Source: Oikopleura dioica (Eukaryota > Animalia > Chordata). Taken from it: DNA of 64,000 nucleotides. The DNA lies in NCBI GenBank assembly GCA_907165135.1, contig OU015567.1, forward strand, positions 7,874,001-7,938,000, given 5' to 3'. The notes beneath the pieces are model-generated. The model did not search any database and had not been told where the DNA came from. It was given only the letters and a program-made list of their open reading frames with translations. Within the stretch, counting starts at the first letter, position 1. Every line of letters starts with the position of its first letter. Below, in pieces: positions 46,947 to 57,942 of this stretch. A program made the position numbers and the translations under genes.

Positions 46947-49463
46947 ATGAGTGAATTGAATGAAAACAAGGAGGACAAATGTCACGAGAGGTTTAATTTT
47001 GAAGATTGTCAAGAGAGCTCGAATATCGTTAATGAGTCGACCGATTCAAACAATGGATTACGAGCAATTCCAGTTCCACCAAGAGAGCAATCGACGTCGG
47101 TATCAGAACTTTCTCTGGGAGCGTCAACTTCGGATTCATTCGGCGCCAGCGTCGTTACCGCAAATACAAACGTTTCCAGAGAGCGAGAGCTTCATTTCGA
47201 TGTCAACCAGCTCGAATGCGAGCGGAAATTCCTTGACCTTGACAGCGGACGAATCATCGTCGGAGCCCTTGCCACCGAGGCAAGTACCGTTGAACGAAAT
47301 AATGGTAATGCGGGAGACTTTAACAATTTCGAGCAGCTTCCAAGAACTACTGCACGCAATGCTTTTGAGAATTCAAGAACACCGCCAAACCGATATAAAA
47401 CGAGTCACCATAATCCTGGCAATAACACTTCTGCTCCTTTTACTAATTATGGCACCTTTGATCCAGCTTCGCTTGCACTAAACAAGGCTCCTCCTTTGCA
47501 AGTTGATTGCGATAAAAGGGAAATTCTTATTATGCAAGAGGATTACAACAGGCGGTTCTCATCAATTTATCGAAAGAATTCGATTCTTGAATCCGAGCTC
47601 CATTTGCACACTCACTATCAAAATTCTCCTGCGAACTTATCCTTACCGCTTCAACGGCTTGAACGCGCTTTTATCGGAGATGCCCTCAGACACAGGTTTA
47701 TGTTTAAGAACTCGGCTATGGATTTTAAACAGCATGTCAAATCTCCTGTGAATGTTCGATTGACAAGTGCACAATGGTCCAGATGCGCCCGGAGGGTTGC
47801 AAAAAATATTACAGGTGCCAGCCTGTTTTATCCACATCGCGACAATTGGGAATCATCTTCAGCTGCTGACAATGATCTTTATTCGAAAATCTTTTCCTCA
47901 GACGATTCCGGCGCTGACTTTCAACTGCGATTTTTGGATTTCCCCGCTTTGTCCCAGAATAAGTCATTCGATGAATCGTCATCGTGTCTTGCCCTTTTAG
48001 AGTCATATTATAGTCTGCTTAACCCGCAGTTCATAAAAAGGACGATGACGGAAAAAAGCGCCAATGGAACAATCCGCAACGTTCAGAAGCTAAGAGTCAT
48101 AACTACTAATCTACAGTTTCTCAGTCCAGTAGAAGATCATTGCTCGACTTCTGGCTGTAATCGATTTATTCCAAACATCTTTTGTTTCGAAGAACTTGTT
48201 AACAAAGCAGCTGAGTATTCATTTGATCCCGGCTTTATCGAATACAACGCAGTGGATATTACGATGGAATACTATTCTCTTTGGGAATTTGTCGCGGGCA
48301 AGCTCTTCTTTAATGCCGGAAAAAGGAATTCGACTGCTGCTGAAGTTGACGAAGTAAATCGCCGTGAAAATGAACCTTTTAATGATCATGCTGAGGATAT
48401 TCAAATTACTCGAAGAGCGAGTGATATTATCCAGTCGCGCCGTGGTCCAATCGAAACCGTTAACGCTGATCCATGTTCATACAAGTTGACCGATCGTTTA
48501 TTTTACGATTCTTACGGCGAACAGCGATTTATCAAATACAATTATGAGGCCAGCCGTTATTATGTTAAATCTTTTCATCTAGCAGATACCGACTTATTCG
48601 CGTACACAGCATTGATCGGCGTTCTTATTCAAGCGGTGGTACCTTACTATATTCCTTCACAACTGATGAGCGGCGATCAACGAAGTCAACTCACTAATGT
48701 TCTCCCTGACGATGTGGATTGCGATGTCAACGCCGAGAATAATTATACCCGCAAGATGAAATCAGATTGGCGTGCTGGTTTGAGAGGAATAAAAAGACCG
48801 AAGTTGATGAACTCAGAAATGCTGAAACTTGAAAATTGTTTTTGTACCGACGCACGGAATAGCTCTTACTCGAAAATAATTCAGTTGGATATTTTCAAAT
48901 ATGAAGTAATCAGGGATCACTGCCCAAACTCAAATATTGGCTATTTGATAATGCTAACGAAGAATTTTCTCGACTTAACCGACGGGGAGCAAACAAAACT
49001 TCGCAGAATTTATTCCCAGCCGGTCGACACATCTTTTGAGGATCCACCAAAGATCAAAACAAAACAACGGGCACTGCGAATGTCACTCTTTTCGCAAATC
49101 AAATTCGTTCAAGATCTTTTCAGACGTTCGCAATCACTCTATCACGGATATGTAAGTAAGTGTTACTCAACTGGATTGGCATCTCTCCCAACAAAATCAA
49201 CATGCTTTCAAAATCTCGTTTCATGTAATGGTTACGCGAAGATTGATGTTGACCTTACCCCTACTCTTTGTCCACGGTGTTTGAGTGGTCTCAATTCAAC
49301 ACGAAACCGTATGGCATCAATACTCAAATGGCGTGAACCCGTTCACAACGCTGTTATTGAAAAAAGGCAGTTGCAGTTCAATACTCTCATATCGGACAAT
49401 GTGGAACTTGATGAAATTTTCATTCACGATGTCGTCGCAAAAGAAAAGAACCAAGTAAGTTGA
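46947..49463 (+). CDS. Accessory ORFan V11 (838-aa exon; may splice on to the 49.5-50.7 kb exons)
   Basis: Long uninterrupted ORF with ordered-looking composition and several Cys pairs (CSTSGC, CFC, CPRC); ends at a GTAAGT donor (EKNQ|). Confidence 0.8.
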   Translation: MSELNENKEDKCHERFNFEDCQESSNIVNESTDSNNGLRAIPVPPREQSTSVSELSLGASTSDSFGASVVTANTNVSRERELHFDVNQLECERKFLDLDSGRIIVGALATEASTVERNNGNAGDFNNFEQLPRTTARNAFENSRTPPNRYKTSHHNPGNNTSAPFTNYGTFDPASLALNKAPPLQVDCDKREILIMQEDYNRRFSSIYRKNSILESELHLHTHYQNSPANLSLPLQRLERAFIGDALRHRFMFKNSAMDFKQHVKSPVNVRLTSAQWSRCARRVAKNITGASLFYPHRDNWESSSAADNDLYSKIFSSDDSGADFQLRFLDFPALSQNKSFDESSSCLALLESYYSLLNPQFIKRTMTEKSANGTIRNVQKLRVITTNLQFLSPVEDHCSTSGCNRFIPNIFCFEELVNKAAEYSFDPGFIEYNAVDITMEYYSLWEFVAGKLFFNAGKRNSTAAEVDEVNRRENEPFNDHAEDIQITRRASDIIQSRRGPIETVNADPCSYKLTDRLFYDSYGEQRFIKYNYEASRYYVKSFHLADTDLFAYTALIGVLIQAVVPYYIPSQLMSGDQRSQLTNVLPDDVDCDVNAENNYTRKMKSDWRAGLRGIKRPKLMNSEMLKLENCFCTDARNSSYSKIIQLDIFKYEVIRDHCPNSNIGYLIMLTKNFLDLTDGEQTKLRRIYSQPVDTSFEDPPKIKTKQRALRMSLFSQIKFVQDLFRRSQSLYHGYVSKCYSTGLASLPTKSTCFQNLVSCNGYAKIDVDLTPTLCPRCLSGLNSTRNRMASILKWREPVHNAVIEKRQLQFNTLISDNVELDEIFIHDVVAKEKNQVS

Positions 49464-49552
49464 ATTTATGAACACATATTTGTTCATTTTTTAACTCTCT
49501 GCTGCTCTCATGACACCCTCTTTAGCGACTTAAACGTAAACAAACATGGGAA

Positions 49553-51086
49553 ATGGAAGGCTCAGAAAAGATGGAGGCGAGCTTTGCCCAAAAACTACCT
49601 CGTCATAACCATTCATCAGCGAAAAAAAGCACCCGAGAATATAACACAAGGTTAGATTTTCATTTTACGACTTTTTAAGAGAATAATTTAGTGACGAACC
49701 CACTACGTCAAATGGTGCAAATTTCTCCAAGAAGGTCGCCACTCGCGGACAACAATCGTCAAGATCAACCCCTAGAAGAGACTCCACAAAATTTTACGAC
49801 TGCCCAGCAGATCGAGCAGGTTTTGAATTAATGAAATGATTGTTTCGAATATAAACCAAGGAGAAGGAAAACATACCTACGATGACACTGATGGTCGAGA
49901 GCGATTCACCTCAGACAGAAGCACCGAGCCCAGCGTCGGAAGAATGGGAGTCACCACCTCCTACGCCACCAAGACAAATAATGGAAGAACCGGAACTACC
50001 TTCGCTCTCGCCACAGAGTCAGACTTGGGAAAAACATGCACAAACGCCGCCTCTATCACCGCACACAGTGTTCTCGAAAAAGTTGCAGAAACTCCAACAA
50101 ATGAAAACGGAAAATCTACCACAAGATTGGGAAGTAAGAAAGAGTCAGTTAACGAGTCTGGACGAATACTTTCCGAATTACTCGCCGATGGGAGCTCACG
50201 AGGAGTCAACGTCGAGAGACCTGGCGGATCGAGCACAAACATCGAAAGTACGATTCGAGAAAGTAGTGGAAACGGAACCTTTTCATCTATTCGACGGCCA
50301 CTCGAAAAACAACCCAATCGTATCGCCATGGTATTGTCGGGTGATTTTTCGACCAGGCGAGATAAAAGTTTTACCAATCACAAACCTGGGGGTTGTTGTG
50401 ATTCCAGCAAAACCAACAACAAACTCAACTTGCCAGAATGTTCAATGCCAGAAGACAATCGAGGAGCTACACAAATATTACCAACAGGAAATAGAGAGAA
50501 ATCGCATCTACAGGGAAGAACCCTCTCCTCTCCCTCTTCCGGTTTTCTCCAACCTTCTCAACCTGAAAGAGACGAGCGAGCCAGATCACGATTCACCGGG
50601 GACTTCGGGATTGAGCAGAAAGACAGACAGCAGCGAACAGCAACGGCCACCTTTTATCGTATCTCAAATGAGCGAAACCCAATCTTCCGAGCCGCCCGCC
50701 AAGAAACCGCGCATGGATCATCTCTAACAACTCTCATCGATTCACCAAAACCATCATCTTCATTGCCATCCTATTACTCCGCGGTATTCAACAGAAAGAG
50801 AACTGAAGCAACAATGGAAATCGACAGCTTGGTAGACGAACTTAGAGGTAAATTGATAATTTCGAAACTTTCTTACTATCTTGTTTTAGCAACAAATCAC
50901 ATCTATCGCCGCAAATCCTCATCCTCATCTCTACATGACTCTGACACAACTTATTCTACCGGAAACAACAGAAATTCAGCAGAAGACGACAACGAAACGA
51001 GCGAAATTTTGAATCTTTTTGTTTAACTTTTATTACTTTTATCTTTTCTCTGCTTAGACCGATTTATTTGCACCCAAACAGAATAA
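49553..51086 (+). CDS. Dual-coding spliced locus: frame A (...MTLMVESDSP...PPAKKPRMDHL*, stop 50727) and frame B (MEGSEKMEASF..., stop 51026 or 51086)
   Basis: Exons 49553-49650, 49692-49819 and 49861-50727 are stop-free in both frames; frame B continues through a further GT-AG intron and a possible GC-AG intron. Confidence 0.6.
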
Positions 51087-51117
51087 TACAACGAGATTTT
51101 TCATTAAAATAATTGAT

Positions 51118-52122
51118 TTATTTAAACGCCCAGGCAGCAGGATAGGTTTGAACAATAATTTGATAGGCTAAAATTCTATTTAAACGCACATTACTCTCTT
51201 CAAAAACATCGCGGCGGTGGAAAGTGTTCTTTAGCAGGGAGCTTTTGAACTCATCAGGTTGTATTTCTTCAAGCAGTTGTTCCAAATCGTTTTCGTTCCT
51301 AAGATATTCCGTAGTGTTCGTACTTCCCCAACAATTTGGATAAATTACAGAATACTTGGAACGAATTTCGGGCTCACCAGTATCCGTGTTAAACCAGGTT
51401 CCAGTAGACACTGTGCTGTAAAAAGCGTCAACTGACACCCTCAACAATCCAGTGAATGTTCTCCCTATTTTCTCCACCAAGCCAATATAATCCTTGTCGT
51501 TTAACAGTGTTATCGTGTATCGGTTGCAGAGATGAGAGTAACGACCTTTAGGATCTGCGCCAAGAATAAGACGACTATGACGAAAATGGTTTCCTAATAG
51601 TTGATTTCAATTAAATGATAATTACTTCTTAATACTTATCAAATGACGTTGAGGAAAGTGTCTTGTGCCACTACCTTCAATCAGAGATTCGAGTTCTTCC
51701 GGCTCAAAATAATCATCGCCAGGCCGTTCATCTGGGACGTGTTCTCTAAGAAATTCTAGCTCCCATCCGACATTAGACTTAAGTCCATCTTCTGAGAGGG
51801 AAAAATTAGGAATTTTTGATTGACGTGGAAAAAACCACTCGATCTGTTTCTTTGAAAGATTGAATTCTGTTTTTGAACGATAAAATATATCCATGAAATC
51901 CTCCATTGATAATCCATTTGAAGGTTTATCCATATCAATATTTTTCGCGCGTCGTCTTGTTGCTTTTCGAAAATCCATTACAACATCAAATACACTTGAA
52001 ACTTGTAAGTCAATATCTTCCTCTGAAGGTGTTTCTATCGGAGATGAAGAAGGAGACGTTGGACTCGACTCGGGCATCATAGAGCTATCTTCTGGAAAAG
52101 ACGAAACTATTTTAGAAGACAT
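51118..52122 (-). CDS. V12 (about 320 aa, 2 exons); C-terminal domain resembles the N-terminal extension domain of Polinton pPolBs
   Basis: Intron joins ...RHLI|RNHFRHSRL...; ...TEYLRNENDLEQLLEEIQPDEF...ESNVRLNRILAYQIIVQTY recalls the I.N..DL..F...L...D...W....TN..F.V block of metazoan Polinton PolB N-termini (recalled pattern, unverified). Confidence 0.6.
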
Positions 52123-52182
52123 TCTTAATTTTTGAATATTTTAACACGATAAAATTTCAAATACTACACTAGATACAGAAAA

Positions 52183-55100
52183 TTAAAAATAAGAACCATC
52201 AGCTTTTTTCAAGGGTAAAGTAGTAATCTTGTCTTCACAAATTATTCGCTTCTTTAGAATAGAATTAATAATATTTTTTGACATCGTCCACGTTTTTGTT
52301 CGTTTAGTCTTCTGATCAAATTGAATAAGGGGGATATCTTTTTTTATGCGTTTGTTCGAGTCCGACGAAAACAGAGCAGCCAAATACTCGTAATGTCTAA
52401 AACTCAGTAAGCTTAATACTATCAGGAAAAACTTACTGTATGTGAATCTTTTGTGGGCATCCTTTAGCTGAGCGTTTCTTGATATTCGTCGAATATGCCG
52501 AATCTTTATACTCTTCCAAAATCTCGTAGACTCGATGAGCGTTATTTGGGTCAGCCAGTTTTTCTTCCAACTCGCACGGATCGGAATCAGCGAGAATATA
52601 ACATTTGGGGGACAATGACACCATCCACCCCTTTGAAAGTCCATTCTTCGGTCCTTCTGGCTTTAATAAACCGGGTTCCTTAGCAGACTTAGGACACCCC
52701 TCTTTCACAAACCACTCAGGAACGATTTCTTCTTTCCATTGGTCTAACATCTCGGGCTTCACACATTTCTCAAGAGTTTCGGCACCCAAAGCAAGCATAA
52801 AAGAGTCGGTATCTGCATAGCACATTGTGCACATTCCATCGACCATATATTCGCGAAGCACATCCAAAAATCGAAAGAACAGTAATTTACTATTCTGATA
52901 AACAGCAATCTGGACATGTAAACAGTTATTGTGGACTACTTTCCGTTTCGAAAAAACTGCTTCGTGCAAGGGATCGAATCGCTCACCTTCAGCAGTCAAC
53001 CCTGTTAAATCCTTCAGTCGCGGATCGCGCAATGCATCAAACAGATTGTTTGCAGAGAGAATACGAGTTTTAAGAAATTTTGAACGATTAATTGCAAAAT
53101 AGCCAACAGCGGAATTGAGGATAAATTTGATCCAATTTTGAAGTGCATCATCTTTGTTTTTACATGCTTCAACACGATCGGCTACCATCGTGTTCACAAA
53201 GTCTTTGAATGGACAGCCTCGTTTATATTCAACAAAATAGTGGACTTTGTATTTAATTCCTTTCGCGTCGTAATAAGAAAGCATGTCCGAAGTTATCATA
53301 TATCTCTTGGCGTTGTAGCAGAATATGTTTTCCTCGCATGGAAAAAGTTTTTTCTTATTTTCTTCAGTAAGAACTTCATTAAGATAACCTTGAACATCTT
53401 CTGGATTGATTATTTGTTTCGCAAATATAGGGGGAACGTCTTTATGAGCTTCGATAACTTCCGGAGGCGACTCCAAATCAACCATCGCAAAACCATAGAA
53501 TAAGGATTCTCCATTTGAGTTTTTAGTCGTTATTGCATTTTTAAATTCTTCTTCAGTTACTCCTTCATGTCCCGACAACTTGCGTGTTTGAGGTGCTCTT
53601 GTTCCCTTGAACAGAAACGGGTAGTCGATCGAATAAGGAGGTTGTCCTTTCATCTCCAATGAACGCCATTCTCGTTTCCATTGACATGAATTCTTTATTT
53701 CAATCTGATGCGGAAAGTATGCAGGTCCTTCAGGTTGCACTGTGGTGCCAGTTTCAATGTCAACAACAATAGGATCGGGAAGTCCATCGCCAATACGGTC
53801 AAGAGAGCGAATTATCGCTACAATTTTATCGATGCGCGCCTGCTCATGCTCAAAAAGTTCCATTTTTGTCATTGGTTTTTCGATAACTTCACCAGTACCA
53901 GGATCGACAAGCTTTTTCTTTGCCGGAAATCTAGGTGAACCCTTACAATAAGGACACACGTGAAAGGCACATCCACGGTATTCAAATAAATGTCTTTTAA
54001 CAAATTTAACACCATTGTACTCCATTTCAAAACTCTCCGCATATCCGTCAATGAAATATTCTCCAAATTGCTTCTCCTCAAAATTATAAGAATGCTGGAT
54101 TGGACCTTCTAAAAAATTAACGACAGTTGTGCAGTTGTTTAAGTACTCAAGCCATTGTATCGATTCAAGAGACGTATTTTGGCGTTGCTTGAACATACCC
54201 TTTGAAAAAAATCTTATTTCTTCATAATGACAATTTGCAGTAGAGTAACCCATCTTATCAGGCATATAAATTATTCCAGGTCCAAGCGGCAAAGCGTTAC
54301 GAAATGCTTCTGGATAGAGACTATTGAAATCAAGCATGAGAATTAACTTGTGAACAAAGCCCTTCGATTTCCAGGCAGCTTCGGGAATTTTATCATTCGG
54401 TCCATTTAGGTAAACGGCTCGTTTGAGGACTTGGCAAATACCACCAGTTAAATTTGCTCTTAAGTCCTTAAGAAAGTGAGGATGGTCCGGGGATATCGAA
54501 TATAATGGTGGTAATTTTGGATCATATTTACTGAGAGCGATTTTGTGTGCAATTTGGGAGATGCTGACATCAGAGTGAATACCTACATGGAATTTTTCAA
54601 TGTTCTTTCTAGCAAAACTTGAAATAGAACCCTCGAGTAAATAAACATCATTGTAATTATAATGTATCAGATATTGCCTCATTGTAGGTTCAGGCACATT
54701 GTCCGGATCTCTCGTGTGGGCTAAAATAAGTTTAGCCCAGAAAATGAAGCTGTCAGCGTATTTTCTCGGTGAAAATCGAAAGAATTTAAGTGTTGCTGCA
54801 CAATTTTCATCGAACTGCCAATAGCCAGTTTCTTCATCAGATATAAGAAGATCCGACAATTTTTGTTTTAAATGATTGCAGTATTCAAGAGGTGTATCCA
54901 CATCAAATTCAGCCTTAAGCTGCCCCATCGCACAGTAGTACTCAAGCGCCGGATCACTGATTAAATTTTCAAAACCCAAGAAATCGGATAATTTTATATT
55001 AACACTTTCTTTACTCAGATCAATCGTAAATTTCCAATCTTTCTTCATCATAGCATTCATCTCAGCCACGTACTCTCGTTTGGTTACAGCAAGCGTTGAA

Positions 55101-57841
55101 TAAAAACAAGGGTATGCGCTTAATTCATTCGCTTTTTCAAGATGAGCGACTTTCGTAAACCATTCGTAAGGAAAGGAACCCTTACAGTATTTATTCGGAT
55201 CCAAACCACACGCATTTGCCAAACTCTCTAGAGACATCGGGCTTGTGTAATTTTTAAAATCCCTGAAGCTCAAATTTTTGGCGTCTAAAAGCATAATTCC
55301 AGCAGCTCTTTTAATGTAAGAAATATCTTCAGTTTTACGATTAACATACTGAAAAAGCACTGACGATAATGGTGTAAACAAGATAGGCAAGTCGTATTTT
55401 TCTCCATTGAAGGCGTAAATTTTCAATTTGAAAAAATCCTTCAGATATTTCAATTTCTTATTCCAGGATCCTCGCTGATGGTAATTCTCTGAGGGAAAAT
55501 TCCTTTCATACTCAATTTTTTGTGTATAATAAGTGATACCAGCAGTAATGCATTCAGGAATAAGCTGCGCCATCCGCCGTTGTGTTTTATCGAGGTAATT
55601 AACAAATTCTGCGCACATTATAAGGATAGCTTCGTAATCGTCCTCCTTCCGAATAAAAATCTGTTTTTCGCCGTCACTCGTGTATGTTGCAATGGAAACA
55701 AGGTTATGAAAATGCGGTTCATTTTTCACAAACGGTGAAGCAGTCATTAACGACTCAATATCATACGTGCAGAAAAACGTTTGCACGTAATCAAAACTAG
55801 GTAAGAAACCATCATCAGCAAGCTCCTTGATGTAATCATTGATTCTCGGACCCTCAACTTTTTGTTCGATGATATTTATTTGATCCAAAGAACAATATTT
55901 AACATGTTTCTTCATTCGATTTGGCCTTGAGCTTGAATATAAACAACCTTTCGTCGGGCACACTGGAAGATCTTTTACTGCATTCGCAGGTAGAATACGA
56001 ACACGAGTATCCTCAGAGAACACATTTGGTACAAGACTAAAAACATTTTTTATAGGCGCGTAATCTCCAAGATCGTTGACAAGTCTTGTGTCGACACTGG
56101 GATTTCTGTCATAAAAGTCACTTGTTACGGAACTCTCATCAATGTTTGCCACGTCATGACTTGTTTTTTCTTTTTCGGGACGTTCCTCATCACATTCATC
56201 GTCAAGGAAAATATTTCTACGGCCGCACGAGTTCTCAGATTGAGCGTTTTCAGTCAGTCTATCAAAATCTACAAATGACAAGCCATCCTCATTATTCTGA
56301 TCACTTTTACTTGGAGCAACTAGCATAAGGCGATGGCGATCATCATGAGCATTATTGTCATCGCTCCCATCGTCGTTGTCATCTTCGCTTTCCGATGCGT
56401 AGTGATATTGATGAGTTCTAGATCTAGACCAATTAAGGATTTTGGCTATTTTCTTCGTGCTCAAATATTGGTCAGCAACAGCCACCCGTCTATGATAATC
56501 GGGATCGACAGCAAAATTTGGCATAAGACTCGGATCGCGCATGAATCGACGATATTCAGAACTGGTAAACTTCTTAAACTCACGAGCAAATTCATCTTCT
56601 TTATAGGAAGCCACAAGTAAATTCAAAGGAATGCACTTTGTTGATTTAAGAGTAGCGTATATACACTTTTTAACGTTCACATTGTCGTTCAGAATTTTAC
56701 CAACAAACAGTCGAATGTCCACTTGTATTTTTTGTTTAATTTTGTTAAGAACACCATCAGCAATAGTAAAGATTTTGTTTTCATAACCATCGCCGAGAAT
56801 TGTTTTCTTAAGCGTCAGTATTTTGTTGGGATAATCTTGTTTGCGTAAACTTGGCCACTTCACCTTGACAATCGCTGTCCAAATACTCGTCCAAGCAGAG
56901 TCGCATGTCTCGAACGGTTTTCTACCAGGTAAGACCCAAAATGTTCCAAGTCGGTGAAAGAAGGGGCGGGCAGATTGGAGTACAACGACAGGTCTCGCGA
57001 TGGCAATAGATTCATGAGGAACACTTTCTAGTCGATTGATTATCGACGAAATATCATCATTAGAATTTCTTCTCTCCAAAGGTCTGTAAGCAATACCAAG
57101 AGGCGCGTATTTACCACCGTAAAGCACATAAATATCAATATTGAGCAAGCGCTCAAGTTTAGGTAGCACACCTCTTGTCGGTCGATTTCCGAATTTTTCA
57201 ACAAGACTCCTTGTGTCAACTTTAGCCAATTCTTCTCTTAATAGTTGATTCACTTTAGTTGGTACTTTTGGTGATATCTTCTGTAAGTGTTTCCACAAAT
57301 TAACACCCATTAAAACAGCGTCATAAACATTTGAAGGATAGTGGTCATCAGAATCAGAAGCCGCAGGAAAATAATCAACCTCATTGTCATCATATTCGTC
57401 ATTATGAAAAGTCGTATCAAAACAGTTTTCATTATATAAACTAGGCCGAAAACTAGCTGTACTTGCAATACTGCTACCAGTTTCATAATCATCAAACATA
57501 TTTTCATTGGGGAAACTTGATCCAGGAATGTCTTTCGGTCTTGCAAAAACACTGTCACTATCTTCGCGATTTTCTTCGACCTCACTTTCAACGTCAACTG
57601 TAGCTCTACAAGTTTGATTCCCGCTAAGTGAAGAGTTTGACGGAATATTATTACGCGAAATATTGCCATTATTTTGAGGGGGGATAACAATACTTGATAA
57701 GCTTGACGTCTCACTTGCAGATGAAATATCAGAAAGCAACTCCTCAATTTGCCTGTCAACGGAACCATGCAGAAATCTTCGTCGTTTTATCTCGTCAGTA
57801 CGTGTTTTGTACTTTGCACGATTAGGTAAAAACCGTTTCAT
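52183..57841 (-). CDS. polB: Protein-primed family B DNA polymerase, Maverick/Polinton type (about 1872 aa, one 40-bp intron at 52397-52436)
   Basis: ExoI TYDIES, ExoII FNGEKYD, SLESL..KGSFPYEWF, ExoIII YNYNDV, TGG, motif A DFNSLYP, motif B KFILNSAVG, motif C YADTDS, GLLKPE, SPKCY, SAKG; zinc-knuckle-like CPTKGC...HVKYC; nuclease-like insert IDGY...FEYRGCAFHVCPYC. Confidence 0.95.
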
Positions 57842-57942
57842 TTCAATTAAAATTGTGGTGACAGTAATTTATTTTGATTTTATAGATACAGTGTTTAGAA
57901 AAAGAGCGACTACAGGGAGAAGGAAGTGAGGGCGCTCGACGA

